Part shown: in pieces, positions 50,085 to 63,632 of the stretch
Numbering within the stretch: the stretch's first letter is position 1
Layout of the letters: each line of letters opens with the position of its first letter
Source of the DNA: Octopus vulgaris
Taxonomy: Eukaryota
DNA length: 64,000 bases
Assembly (NCBI GenBank): GCA_951406725.2
Contig: OX597815.1
Span: forward strand, 132,680,001-132,744,000
Reading direction: 5' to 3'
Notes under the pieces: generated by a model
Told to the model about the DNA's origin: nothing
Seen by the model: the letters and a program-made list of their open reading frames with translations, nothing else
Database searches by the model: none
Translations under genes and position numbers: made by a program

Positions 50085-51870
50085 AACAAAGGTTTATTGT
50101 GAGAATTTTTTCAAATGGCTGTATGTTAATGAGGCTCGCTTAGGAACCACCTGGTTTTTAAGAGTTGGTCTCTGCATTCATATGAGCCTCATCGGTACCC
50201 TTTTTGTTCAGTGGGAAAAATATCGTTCTAATCCATAAATTTGTGTTTTCTCCACGAGGATGGATGTTCAAATTTTATACGTGATAGATAGGTATGTTAT
50301 GGGAAGATAGTTTTGGGGAAATTTGGTTTCCTTAGTCTTCGGTAGTGGGTAAGTAATATCTCTTGCTAACCAATCGTGTTTTCGTAGGATCTCTCATAAT
50401 TCCCTTGAATAACAGAACGAACTTTTCGTGTGCGCACGGGAGCGATGCGAGCCAGAGATTTGGCATCCTGCCATTACCAGCGGATTTCCACTTATGAGTC
50501 TTCGTAAGTGTCATCCTTAGGTCTGTTATTGGATGTCTTCCCATGCTTGTTCCAGTAAGATTTTGTAGGATCCTTTTCTGCGTCTAAACCAGTCAGCATT
50601 TTCACTGTATATCTTTTCATCACTCCAGATATTTTCCCAAAGGTTTTCAACTTCTTCCAGGGGAATGAGATCTTAAACGGTTATTTTCTCCTTCCCTAAT
50701 TCCCTGTAGAATGTTTTCGCATTGGATTTGAACAGCTTATTTTGATTGCAAAACATTTTTCTCTTTTCAAATCTTATTCTTTTAACTTTCGCTTAAACAT
50801 TTTGTTGCAGTGTTTCTTTTGTTGTAAGCAATTCTTCTCTTGGTGAGAATTTATGCTTTCTTCTTCTCCTTTTTTTTTTTTGAGGATTTTACATTGTTTC
50901 CACAGATCAGTTCATTCAATAATGACGTTTCACCTCTCATTATTTCAGTCTCTTTTTCAATGTTAGTTTTCCAATTTGGAATCCTTCTCAAGTTTGTGTT
51001 TCTTTGTTTAATCAGAAATATACAACTGATTTCAGTTGTCTTTGCAGCTGCGTAAATAATTTCGTTTAACTCAGTGGGAACTCGTTCTTGTATGATTTCT
51101 TTTGTTAGTTTCCAATTTTAATTTGTTTTCTATTTTGGATTGTATTTGAGCGTTTATTAAGTGGTTCTCTATCATGCAGATTGGCGTAACTTACAGCTGC
51201 AAGCTTATTCAGGAGTTTCTGCTTCATTTCTATCATAGACTCTCTATGTTCTTCAGTAAAGGTGCAGTTTTCAAATATTGTTTCTTTACCACTTACCTCG
51301 CTATCTTTACCAGGTTCATTACAATTTATTTATTCAGATGTTTGCGTGTTTCCGTGACTTTCAATTGAGACTCGTAGAAAGTTGCTCTCGTCGTCTAGTT
51401 CCTTTTCCGCTGCGTGCTTGATAGCGGTTATTTCACTATCTGTGAGTCTTTTATTTCCTCTTAATATTTGCTAACTCGTTTTCGTCCAAATATTGTCTGC
51501 TGTCTTGATTTCGTGTTCTTCATATTTGATAAGAGTGTGCAGTGTGTTTCTCTTCAGATGGCCTGCATAATGCATCGTAATAGGCGTATAATACTTCTGT
51601 ATACTCTTCTCATGTCCATTTGATCCTCTTACATTTTCTCTCTGTGGTGGGTGTGATGGTGAACTTGGATGGTTCGAGTTGGGGCAGTTTCTTTTCAAGT
51701 GACCATCCAAGTACGTATTCAAAGAAGAGTTTGTGCCAGTGGATAACTTTTTGACCCGAGGCTGGCTCTCTCTCTCTCTCTCACTTGGGAGACGTTCTTC
51801 CAAATTAACCACAGGACAAGCGATTTGGTGTACTGTTGTAGTTTTCCTTTTCGTTTCGTAAGACATATTT
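50085..51870 (-). pseudogene. R4/Dong-like (RLE) LINE 5' half
   Basis: HKWKSAGNGRMPNLWL, LPKT...NYLPITYLSITYKI, EQKGY..GSYECRDQLL: RT domains 0-2 of RLE-clade elements. Confidence 0.8.
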
Positions 51871-52427
51871 TTGCAAGATTCAAATTGTTAGTATTAAGCC
51901 CTGTATTGTAGAGACGGTTATTGCCTCTGCCACTATTGTCAGCTCAGTCATTAATGTTACTTTAACTTTGCCACTATAGCATTGGTCGTCGTTAGTTACC
52001 ACCAGTAGTGCATTGTTCTGTATTACTGTGTTCAACCTTTGCAGCCATGGCGACAGTATAACCGCTGTTTAGTTAAGTCTGCCATCTTTGTTCTTATTGT
52101 GTGGTATTATTAATTGTCTTGTACTTGAGATAATCATAAATATGTGAGGGTTGGAGGGAATAGCAGGAGAAAGAGAAGCAGCTTAGTGAATAGACCAAAT
52201 TCCACAGGCTTGTACGGAGGATTCGACAGATGGTGAGAAGATCAACAATGGGACTTCGATTTCTTGTATGATCAGGAAACAAAAGAAGCGTCACACCCTT
52301 GCGGTCAGCAGAAGTCAAATGTGTTTACTACTACTAGCGATCAATGAGAGCGCTGACTTTGGCCTTAGAAAGAAACAAATCACCTTCTTCTATTTTTAAT
52401 TACTGATAGAAAAAATAAATATATATA

Positions 52428-52461
<34 letters not shown>

Positions 52462-52465
<4 letters not shown>

Positions 52466-54345
52466 TAGAACTTAGATAAAACTTAGAAATGTTTCGACCA
52501 AAGATTGGTCCAGGTCATGTCTAACTTAATAGCACCGCCTGATAGGATTATCTAAATCCTGTTTAAGTCAAGTTTTGTTTATGGTCCATTTAAATAGTGA
52601 GTTCTTGTTGAGTGAGTTGTATCCAGGTATGGGTGGCTTATCCGGTATTCCTTGAAGGAATCTGTCCAGACTCCGTTTAAAGGTGATGGGATCCTTTTCC
52701 TCTTTGAACTGTTTCGAGACAATGTTAAACAGGGCAGGGCATGTTGAGGAAAATAAATTATGTCGCAGTGTACCTATATGTTGTGATCCTGAATTGGGCA
52801 GGGGACGTATAGCCTGTCGTCCCAGCCTTGGATGAACCTTGAAACTAATGTTCAGGTCGGTTGGGCAATGCTAGCGGTATATTCTCCACAGCGTACAAAT
52901 GATGTACCGCTTGCGGCGGCGCTGGAGAGAATAGAGTTTCACGGCTTTAAGGCGGTCCCAATAATCGAGATCAGTCATGCCTTCATTTCGTTTAGTGAGT
53001 GTGCTCTGGGGTGATTCAATACTCGAGATGTTTTGTTTTGTATGGGGAGACCATAAGGGGCAGTACAAAGGGGGAGAAAAGTGGAATGATTTCACCTTTT
53101 CTCTGGACCAAAAGGTTCTTAAGATCCAGGAGCTCATCCTATGAGCTATATCGATCTTATTGAGATTGTTATGTACAATTACACCCAGGTCTCTGATACT
53201 ATTAGATGCCGTGAGCGGTTCACCTGAAGGAAGAAAATATGGTTGTTTTAGTATAGACTTCCAAAATACATCAGATCAAATTTTCCCTCGTTCAGTTGCA
53301 TTTTGCTTTAGTCTGCCCATTGACTCACAGTTGAGTTCGGTCTTCTTCATTGATGATTTGCTGGAGCATAGTGTCATCAGCAAATATTTTCTCTTTGCAG
53401 TGATTTACGACGCTGGAAAGGTCATTTATGTAAATTATAAAGAGGAGCGGGCCCAAGACATTCCCTTGAGGGACACCACAGGGGACTTTTGCTGGGCTTG
53501 AGTGGACTCCATCGACCACAACATGTTGCGTTCTAGTCACCAGGAAATATTTAATCCAGTGTAGAAGTTTTCCACAGATTCCAACATTTGCCAATTTTGA
53601 GAGTAGGATATTATGGTCAACCCTGTCGAACGCTTTACTGAAGTCAAGTTATATGACATCAGAGTTCGAACCTGTTCCCAAGGCTTTAAGTATATATTCG
53701 ATGTTGTGTAAGAGCTGTGTTAGACAGTCCCTTCCACAGCGAAAGCCATGCTGATTTGCATTTAGGAGATTGTGGGTCTCCAGGAAGTCAGCTATCCTTG
53801 ATCTTACCACTCTTTCAAACACATTAATGATGTGGGAGGTGAGTGAGACTGGACGAAATTTGAATGCGAGAGATCTTGTTTCCCTGTTTGAAAACCGGGG
53901 AGACAGACTGTTGTAGGAGCTGTTTCGGTATATAACCTGAGTCTAAAGAATTTCTCCAGAGGTTGGTCAGAGGGACTGCAAGTTTGTGTCTATATTCCTT
54001 CAGGAGACTAGCGGGGAATTTATCAGGCCCTACAGCAGAATAGTATTTGACCTCACTTATTGCTGCTATGATGTCAGAGGCAGTGAAGGTTATGTCCGAG
54101 ATTTTATGTTGGGAATCAACTTCGTTCGCTTCTCTTACGTCAATATCAGTGGGCTCACTAAAAACAGAGCAGTATTGTTTCTGCAGTATTTCTGCCATTT
54201 CTTTAGCATCGTGTTGGGGAATGCCGTTATCATCGATCAATGGCCCAATGGGTGATACAGCGGTTCTATGCTTATTTGCATAACAATAGAATACTTTCGT
54301 GTTCTGTTTGATATTTTGATTACCCACTGTTCCTCCGCAGCTCTT
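52462..54345 (-). mobile_element. CR1-like LINE, 5'-truncated, RT domain decayed
   Basis: AVGPDKFP...PVFKQG, DFSKAFDRVDH, GVPQGNVLGPLLFIIYINDL, FADDT, YWDRLKAVKLYSLQRRR; tail TTCTAAGTT repeats abutting (TA)n. Confidence 0.92.
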
Positions 54346-54352
54346 TATTATC

Positions 54353-54411
<59 letters not shown>

Positions 54412-54476
54412 CATCATCATCATCATCATTATTATCATTATCATCATCATCATCATCGTCATTATTATCATTATTA

Positions 54477-54537
<61 letters not shown>

Positions 54538-54588
54538 CATCATCATCATCATCATCATTATTATCATCATCATCATCATCATCATCAA

Positions 54589-54760
54589 TAAGGCGTTGAG
54601 AATCTTTTCCACTCCGGGCAAAATGCCTGTCTTTATATTCTGACTTCAAATTCCGCTGAGGTCGTTTTGCTTTTCCTCATTTCGGGGTTGATAAAAATAG
54701 GTATCATGAAATCGGGTAACCCCTACTCCGCATTTGCTGCCCTTGTGAAAAGCATGAAAC
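54589..54760 (+). mobile_element. SINE family 1, decayed
   Basis: TTCTGACTTCAAATTCCGCTGAGGTCG...TTTCGGGGTTGATAAA. Confidence 0.65.
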
Positions 54761-54769
54761 TATTATTTT

Positions 54770-55460
54770 CTTTGCTTAACTTCTAACACTGGAAATATAC
54801 TGCGGTGTCAGCTGGTCAATACCAACGAACTGAGGTATCACACTATATTTTCTGTGTACCCTCCGAAGTAGTCAAACTGTTCCAAGCAGTGCTGTTTTCT
54901 GTAAGCGCTCCGCCTGTATTTGTTTTATATACTTCAAAAGATCCTTTTTTACTGTTCCTAAGGCTCCGAAAGTTATTGGTATTACTATCACCTTTTTCAG
55001 CAACCATAACAATTTAGCCTCCGTAACTAACCTGTCATAACTATCGATTTTTTGCTTCTTAAATGCATACCTTGTTGTCAGCTGGGCATGCTATATCCAT
55101 TATCCAGCACTGTTTGATTTCTTTCTCAATTATCACAATATCTTGCATCCTATTCTGTGTCTCATCGACACACTGAATCATAAGGTCCCACAGGATTTTT
55201 GCATTATCATTTTCGATCATTTATATTTATACTACTTTTCTTCTCTCACAAGTCCATAGATGTTGCTAAGTTCTCAATGGACTATCCATGCTATGCTTTC
55301 ATGTCGCCTCTTATATTCTTTGTCGGCTAGTGCTGTACATTGTTAATAAGCTATATAGTTTTCCCAGCATCTCCACAAATTCTGCAATGTCTGTCCTGTG
55401 TTTGGCGTAATTAGCTCTTGACGAAATTAGCTCTTAATGTTTACTCTTGAGCCACACGGA
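54770..55460 (-). mobile_element. R4/Dong-like LINE 3' fragment (CCHC + RLE)
   Basis: Minus strand CRICGDAG..., YKRRHESIAWIVH, KILWDLMIQC...QDIVII...CWIMDIACP. Confidence 0.75.
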
Positions 55461-55877
55461 TTTATTATTATTATCATCATCATCATCATCATCATCATTA
55501 TTATTATTGTTATTGTTCCCATTTATCATAGGTTTTGTTGAAACTATTGGAGTAGCGGGTTTGCTACCTGCAGCCTGCGGTCCCATGCTATGCGTTCTTT
55601 TCAGCTATCAAATAATTTCGTGATTGTTCTGGCCAGTACAGCTGGTTGATGTCAGCTTTCGGAGACTCCATAATTCGTCAACAGATTTCTAGATTTCTGC
55701 CAAATTTTTCTAATTTGTTTTTGGTCTAGTAAACAATTCCAATTCCATATGCTCTTGCAATTATTCCTGCAATAACGTTTTTTCCAATTCAGCTTTGACT
55801 GCAATAATCTTATTACTCTCTTTGTATACTTTCTACTGATAATTTGTTTTATTTTTTATGTTTTATTTCATCTGCTG

Positions 55878-55941
<64 letters not shown>

Positions 55942-55942
<1 letters not shown>

Positions 55943-56885
55943 CATCACTTCAGTATAGAGCGGAAATGATAAAATGACAAAAGAGAGAAGTAAAGAAAAT
56001 GGAAGGCAAAACCAGAAAAATATTGATAGTACACGGAGCTTTCCACCCTAAGAGTGACACCGATAGGCTGTACTTGTCCAGAAGAAAGAATGGGAGAGGT
56101 TTGATCAGTTCCCAGAGGAAAATTGCTTAAGTGGGTATATAAAAATGCCATAGAGCCACAGTTGGAAGACACGAAGAAGGCCGGCGTCATCAAAACTGAA
56201 AATTGTGCAGCGAGAGAAAAATTTAAACATGAAATGAACAAAAAAAGTGAAAGGATGAAGGGAAAAATGTACGGTCAGTTTGCAAAAGTTGTGAACCGGA
56301 AGACAAATAGAGAGGACCGGTGGCTATGGATGATGAGGAGTGACCTGAAGATAGAGACAGAAGCACTCATATGACCAACTATATGAAGTGCGGAATAGAC
56401 AACACTACCGATAGCAACAAATGGAGAATGTGTGGTAAGAGGAGTGAAACGGTATGGCACATCGTTAGTGAATGACCGAAATTGGCACTAGGCAAATAGA
56501 AAAGACGCCATGACAATGTGCCAAGAATGATCCATTGGAAGATTTGTGGAAATCACGGCCTACAAAGAGCCAAGACGTGGTATGAGAAAAACTACAAAAG
56601 GAGTCACTGAGAATAGGAATTGCAAAATCTTGTGGAATGCAATGATCCAGTACGATCACCTGACCAAACATAGGGAATGGGACATTGTTGCAGTGAATAA
56701 AAAAAGCGAGAACATGTATGATAATCTTTATAGCATACCCCGGTGACGACAGGATCAATGTGAAAGAAGAAAAAGTAGACAACTATGACGACTTAAAGTG
56801 GGAACTACGAAGGTTGTGGTCAATGAAGGGAGTGGACGTGATACCAATAATAATTGGTGCATGTGGAAGTATCAGCACTTTGAGT
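55942..56885 (+). mobile_element. R4/Dong-like LINE 3' fragment between (AAT)n runs
   Basis: HPKSDTDRLYLSRRKNGRGL, KRRHDNV, KILWNAMIQYDH...DIV, PGDDRINVKEEKVDNYDDLKWELRRLW...VIPIIIGACG. Confidence 0.85.
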
Positions 56886-56889
56886 TTTC

Positions 56890-56989
<100 letters not shown>

Positions 56990-57249
56990 TACACACATAT
57001 ATATATACATATGTAACACAAATGATAAATATTGTAATACCATACAGCCAGACGGATGATATAACAAACAAGGAATCTTCTCCGGTGGCTATGGATGATG
57101 AGGAGTGACCTGAAGATAGAGACAGAAGCAATGTCCCGTTCCCTATGTCTGGTCAGGTGATCGTACTGGATCATTGCATTCCACAAGATTTTGCAATTCA
57201 TATTCTCAGGGACTCCTTTTGTAGTTTTCTCATACCACGTCTTGGCTCT

Positions 57250-59139
57250 ACTTGTTGAGGAGAAATTACAACTTAAGAGAACAAAAAGTGGTGGAGCAAA
57301 AGAACCACGGGGGAAACGACGCATTGAAAGGGACATAATGCAGGCTAGGCAAGATCTAGCAAAAATTGAGCAATGATTAAGAGGAAACTGGGAAAATGGG
57401 AAAAAGACCGACCGAGACAAATTAGGGAAATACGAAAAAACGGGTTTGATGCTGCAATAGAGCAATTAAAACAGAGAATCATGGCAAAAAGCCAGAAAAT
57501 CAGATTTGTGAACAGAAATAAGCAGTTCGCGGAGGACAGAGTGTTCAAAAGTAACCCGAAGAAATTCTTCCCAACGTTAGAAGGAGACAGTGGGGATAAA
57601 TGTTGCTCCTAAGCCAAGGAGTTATGAAGCGAATTATGGGGAAAGAGTGTGGTGCATAAAAGAGATGCAATGTGGGTAGGAACTATCAAGATAAAATTAC
57701 AAGGAGGAAAGAAACAAAGGAATATTGTCATAAGCACGGTTGATGTGAAAGAACAAGTGGGTAAAATGCCTAACTGGAAAGCCCCTGGACTAGAAGGAAT
57801 TCATGGCTTCTGGCTGAAGAGATACCACGCAGTGCATGAAAGACTAGCAGCCCAATTGAATGAATGTGTCAGAAAGCTACAGTCCCAGCGTGAATGGTGA
57901 CTGGGGGGACAACACTTGCAATGAAAAATAGATGAAAAGGGAATACTGTGGGAAACGACCGTCCCATAGCATGACTAAACATAATCTGGAAGATACTCAC
58001 TGGAATATGTGCGGCAAAGACATAGACTTTATTGGCACAGAAAGTAATACTACCAAGGGCACAAAAAGGATGTAGGAAGAGTTCTCAGCGTACCAAAGGA
58101 CATCTGGTCATCGATAAAAAAGTTTTGAGGCATTGTAAACAAGCGTCATACAGACATGTCTAGGGCTTGGATTGATTTTAAGAAGGCATATGATATGATG
58201 CCACATTCTTGGATCATTGAATGCCTGCAGATGTTTGGTGTTGTTGACAACATAAATACATAAATTTTCTGATGCATTGCATGAAAGAGTAGAAAACCAG
58301 AGTATTTGATAAATAGTGAAAAAGACCTGCAGCATTATGCCGCCAAAGATATGGGTGAAAATACAGATGACTTGATGGGTAAGGCAGAGTTTATCCAAAG
58401 AGCTGAGGAGAAGAGAAAAGAAGACCTTGAGATAAGGAATATACAGGACGTTAAGGATAATACAGCATCAAGGGAATGGCATGAGCGAGGTAATTTGAAG
58501 CGTACCACCGAAACCTGATCATTGCTGCACAAGACTAGATTCTCGCTATCAATTCAGTGAAGTATAACATCTATAAAACTTTTGACACCCAGAAAAGCAG
58601 ACTATGTGGAAAGAGTGTGGAAAATATGACCCACTTGGTAAGTGGATGTGAGAGCCTTGCTCAAAAAGAATACATGCGCCCCCACGATAAAATGTGTGTG
58701 CATTTTCATTGGCGTTTATGCCGTAAATACCAATATGAAGTAACAGAGAACTGCTATGAGCATGTACCAAGTAAAGTTATGCAGTAGCATGGAAAAGTAA
58801 CGATACTCTGAGATTATGATTTTCAGACGGATCGTGTAATCGAACGCCGTCGGACGGATATTGTCATATTGAATAAGAGAAACAAATAATGTCAGATTAT
58901 TGATGTAGCCATACCAAATGACATGAATGTTGCGAGTAAAGAGGTTGCAAAATGGAAATGGCAAGACTGTATGGAATGCGAGAAGGTAATGTAAAAGTGA
59001 TACCAGTGGTGTTCGGAACACTGGGTTTAACCCAATTGAAACTTCAAAACTTCTTAAGGCAACTGGAAATCCTATGCAAGATTGATGTCTTGCAAAAAGC
59101 AGCCTTATTGGGTACAGCGCACATCTTAAGGAAAGTATG

Positions 59140-59140
<1 letters not shown>
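57250..59140 (+). mobile_element. R4/Dong-like LINE, internally deleted
   Basis: MPNWKAPGLEGIHGFWLK, AWIDFKKAYDMMPHSWI, RLCGKSVENMTHLVSGC, VIPVVFGTLG...LQKAALLGTAHILRKV* followed directly by (TAA)n. Confidence 0.9.
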
Positions 59141-59216
<76 letters not shown>

Positions 59217-59218
<2 letters not shown>

Positions 59219-60022
59219 CTTCTGATCTTAGCTGATTGGAAGTGTTATGATGTATATATTTTGTCTTGGTATGCAAGATGGGCTACAACAAATATTCTGC
59301 TCAATATAGAGAATAGGAAACCAAGCATAGTGTTGAGAAAGAAAGCAAACGATGCTGGATCATAGATATATTATGCCCAGCTGACAAGGTATGCGATAAG
59401 GAAGAAAGAGAAGTCAATAGATATAACAGGTTAACTTGGGAGGTTAAGCAGCTGTAGTTGATGTAAATGGTGATAGCAGTACCAATGATTGTCGGAGTTC
59501 TGGGAACAATGAGAACAAATTTTGAGAAGTACATGGAACAAATAAGGGCTGCAATAAGGGTGGAGCACTTGCAGAGCAGCATTGCTTGAAATCGCTGGAA
59601 TACTTTGGATGGTGCTCGAGCTAATATTCTGCTCAATACCACAGATTTGCATGACATTTATTTGACCTTAAACAGTGGAGCATGTCCCTTAGTCGCTGAC
59701 GATATGTGTATCTCTGATCACGAACAGAAGTAGTGGGGGAGCATCATAGCCAGGTGTTGAGAGGAATTATTTGGGATTTGGATCATTCACCTTTGGAAAC
59801 ATGGGTGTTTTGTTCCTCATCCTTAAACAAGCCTTATTCGGGAACCATTTGAGAGTATGGGCTACTCACCTTGAAGAAAATTCTAAGTGGGTCCCACCTG
59901 CAAGGTCATGTGCTGTTTATATTGATATGAGATCACTATGTCGCGCACATATGGTTGTAATGCATGTGCGTGGTGTAACCTTATCAGACGGGTAGTCATG
60001 ATGGGTATACTGGGCTTCGTAT
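59217..60022. mobile_element. Copy of the 1636-2183 repeat, interrupted by a LINE fragment
   Basis: Collinear with 1666-2135 apart from the 59307-59622 insert. Confidence 0.85.
59307..59622 (+). mobile_element. 316-bp RLE-LINE 3' end with a perfect 16-bp TSD
   Basis: TSD AATATTCTGCTCAATA at 59291-59306 and 59623-59638; encodes VPMIVGVLGT...FEKYMEQI. Confidence 0.88.
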
Positions 60023-60053
60023 ATTATTACTATTGTTGTTGTTGTTGTTGTTG

Positions 60054-60088
<35 letters not shown>

Positions 60089-60112
60089 TTAATAATGATA
60101 ACTATTATTATT

Positions 60113-60767
60113 ATTGTTTTACTTCTCAGTGTACTCGATCTTGTTTGTTCTGGTAGATTCTGTGAGAGCGGACAGTAACCTGCCATCAGAGGTCTCAGAG
60201 GGTCTCTTTCTGGACATCATAAGCTTTGCTACTTGATTGTTAATTATTGTGAGAGACATTCAACATCCAATTACCAATCTCAAAATCCTAGCTGTCCTCA
60301 GAAGCAGTTTTTGGAGCCTACTCTGCTCGTACCATATCAATTCCAATTTCTCTGACATATTTTGCGAACTTGGTTGTTAGTACTCCGAGTGCCCCTACAA
60401 CTAGTGGAATGACACTTTTCTCATAGTCCACATTCTTGCGATTTCGTCTTTTAATAGTCTGTATTTTTCAATCTTTTCTAGTCCTTTGTCACTTATGAGT
60501 GCATCTCCAAGTATTAGAATATCTATAATCTTGGCTTCCATTTTCCCTTTATTTACCACAACAATATCTGGTCTCCGATCTTCGATTAGGGAGTCACATT
60601 GGATTATAAAATCCCACAGTATCTTACATTTCTCGTTTTCGGTGACTCCTTCTGATTCATGATCATATCGTTTTTGTGCCCTGTTCAGGCCGTACTTTTC
60701 ACAAAGCCTCCAATGTTTGAATTTAGCCACGTTATCGTGTCTCCTTTTGTAGTGCTTTTGGGCCGGC

Positions 60768-60768
<1 letters not shown>
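60113..60768 (-). mobile_element. R4/Dong-like LINE 3' fragment with 3' UTR, between (AAT)n runs
   Basis: HWRLCEKYGL...KILWDFIIQCDSLIEDRRPDIVVV...IIDI...EKIEKY (PD-D/ExK nuclease). Confidence 0.9.
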
Positions 60769-60814
<46 letters not shown>

Positions 60815-60815
60815 T

Positions 60816-61030
60816 AAGGCTGCGAGCCGGCAGAATCGTTAACACGCCATGGGAAATGCTTATCGGTATTTCGTCTGCAGCTACGTTCTGAGTTCAAATT
60901 CCGTCAAGGTCGACCTTGCTTTTCATCGTTTCGAGGTCGATAAATTAAGTACCAGTGAAGCACTGAGGTCGATGTAATCGATTAGCCCCCTCCCCCAAAA
61001 TTTCAGGCCTTGTGCCTATAGTAGAAAGGA
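60816..61030 (+). mobile_element. SINE family 1
   Basis: Full head, body and tail. Confidence 0.9.
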
Positions 61031-61051
61031 TTAATATTACTCTTCTTCTTC

Positions 61052-61085
<34 letters not shown>

Positions 61086-61124
61086 CAATAACCTATCTGT
61101 TCATTCTTAATATGTTCTGGCTCA

Positions 61125-61521
61125 AGGCGGCGAGCTGGCAGAAACGTTAGCACGCCGGGCGAAATGCTTTGCGGTATTTCGTCTGCCGCTACGTTCTGAG
61201 TTCAAATTCCATCAAGGTCGACTTTGCCTTTCATCCTTTCGGGGTCGATAAATTAAGTACCAGTTACGCACAGGGGTCGATGTAATCGACTTAATCCGTT
61301 TGTCTGTCCTTGCTTGTCCCCTCTATGTTTAGCCCCTTGTGGGTAATAAAGAAACAGGTATTTCATCTGTCTTTACGTTCTGAGTTCAAATTTTGCCGAG
61401 GTCGACTTTGCCTTTCATCCTTTCGGGGTCGATAAATTACGTATCATTTGTGTACTGGGGTTGTTCTAATGGACTGGCGCCCTCCCCCAAAATTTCCGGC
61501 CTTCTGCCTACAGTAGAAAAA
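61125..61521 (+). mobile_element. Dimeric SINE family 1 with a 16-bp TSD
   Basis: AATATGTTCTGGCTCA (61109-61124) / AATACGTTCTGACTCA (61522-61537) flank the whole dimer. Confidence 0.9.
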
Positions 61522-62967
61522 AATACGTTCTGACTCATTCGAACGTGAATGTCTCGTTGTTGCTTTCATCAACTAAGTACCATGCGGCGCGATCTAACGT
61601 TCTTAAGGGAAATTTGAGGTACAACACTGTTTTGACCATATTGGATAAAACTTCGATTAGAATAAACTTATTTGCTGATTCATGCTGATATCTGCAAAAC
61701 AGATATTAAATCATTAAGTGCACGCAGAACAGTGAGAATGCGAACAATAACGTATGTATGCATTCCTAATTCATTCTGGCTGACAGCCATGTTCGAATCT
61801 GCCAGAACATATTTAGAAGGCACATGCACGGATACACATGCACACATATTTTACATACATTTACGTTCAACACTTACTTTAAGTTTAGAGAATAATCAAT
61901 GAATAGAACTATGTAATACATATTTTATAGTTAAGAAAACGAATGAACAGCGTGGGCTCTCATTGCTTAATGCTCGCCTTCTTATGGAAACAAACAGAAA
62001 AGTTGACGACAAAATACAGATATTATAAAATGAGTGAAGAAAATTTGGGAAGCAAGAATACGAAAAAGGTATAGACAAAGAAATCTTAAGGGACTCTCAT
62101 ACTGCTGGAATAAGCGTTGCAAATATAATGTGTGTATGCCTTGCAAATTTCGGAAACATCGTTGGCTAATTAAGTAATAATCATTATGTTCTTCACTGTG
62201 TGAAGATAATGGCAATAGCAGTTCGAGAAATTCAGAAAACCATCTAAAATTCATGCTGAAAGGCTATGCTTGCCTAGTTTGGTTAATGCCGCAATGGGTA
62301 TTCTGTTCTTCATTGGTGTCAAGATAATTGTAATTACATTCCGTTAAAATTAAGAAAACACACCTTAAATGAGTGTTGAGAGGCAATTTTGGCGTGTTGA
62401 ACACTGAGTGGTGGTGATACTGAAACAAGAAAAAGTGTAAATACAGACATAATTACTATCACTCATTCAGTAAAGGTGGAGGCTCGGATGATTTCGTTGT
62501 CGAAAGAAGTGAAGGATTGCTTGTGGATTATTAAGAATGATTCTAATACGGAACGCATGGAACGCATCGTATTGCGATAAACATAAATCATTTCAGAACA
62601 ATCCTATAATATAAATGCCAACAGTTCTCGTCAATCCTTGAAAACCCATTACCTAAAAGCGGGCACACCTAGCAAACACAGATGATCAAATATTGGATTG
62701 AAATCTGAAATTTCACCTACACCTTCTCAAAATAAAAAGTTAAATATCCTATTAATGTCTAAATAGGACCAACATGTATATCACTATTCAGTTTAATTTC
62801 AAGATTTCTTGCCAATAGAGAAAGGACAGGTTTCTAACCTAGATCCAAGGATACTTCATTGTAATTTCAACACGGTATTTTTGTATGTAAGTACGTATGT
62901 ATGTATGTATGTATGTATGTATGTATGTATGTATGTATGTATGTATGTATGTATGTATGTATGTATA

Positions 62968-63530
62968 TTTGCACATTCGTATGTTTTGTTTTATATATGT
63001 ATTTTCATGCATATAGTTGCATATCTAGACGTGCTCATATATACTTACACGATAAACTTCTGGAAAGTTATACGAATTTTGTCGGTTCCAGCGATGGATT
63101 GGATTTGTAGTTTTCGAATCAGATTTCTCCTTTCTGATTTTGAGAAGGCAAATTTCTCAAGATTGGTATTTAGGCATTGTGTTGCGTATCCCAGTGTCCC
63201 AATAATTACAGGTATAAACCTAAACTTGTAATCTGGATAGAGTAATTGCAGATTCCTCAATAGTTCACAAAGTCTGCATCGCCTGTCACATTACTGCATC
63301 TCCTGCATCTCTATCCCTTTTGTGCATCAGGTATTTGGTTGATATTTCCTGTTTCTGGATTGCAAACACATACCCTTCAAAGTGGAAATTAGTAATCTGC
63401 TTGTTGATTCATGATAGACTGCTTTCATGATCACTATTACTGCTATCTAGGAGCTGTCTACTTACATATCCATGCATGGTCTTCTGCTGATATACACTCA
63501 TACTTTCACATACTGATATGTTACGGCAGA
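62968..63530 (-). mobile_element. RLE-type LINE 3' fragment flanked by (TATG)n
   Basis: MHGYV..., FEGYVFAIQ...EI.TKYL, LRNLQLLYPDYKFRFIPVIIGTLGY; large internal deletion. Confidence 0.75.
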
Positions 63531-63632
63531 GTTGTGTATGTATGCATGTCTGTCTGTCTGTCTGTATGTATGTATGTATGTATGTATGTATGTATGTATG
63601 TATGCATGCATGTATGCATGTAATGTATGTCA

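Noticed and set aside
53824-54649. 265-aa ORF with poly-M/poly-I, and poly-D/N or poly-Y/H ORFs
   Set aside because: (ATT)/(ATC) microsatellite read in frame into a CR1-like LINE fragment
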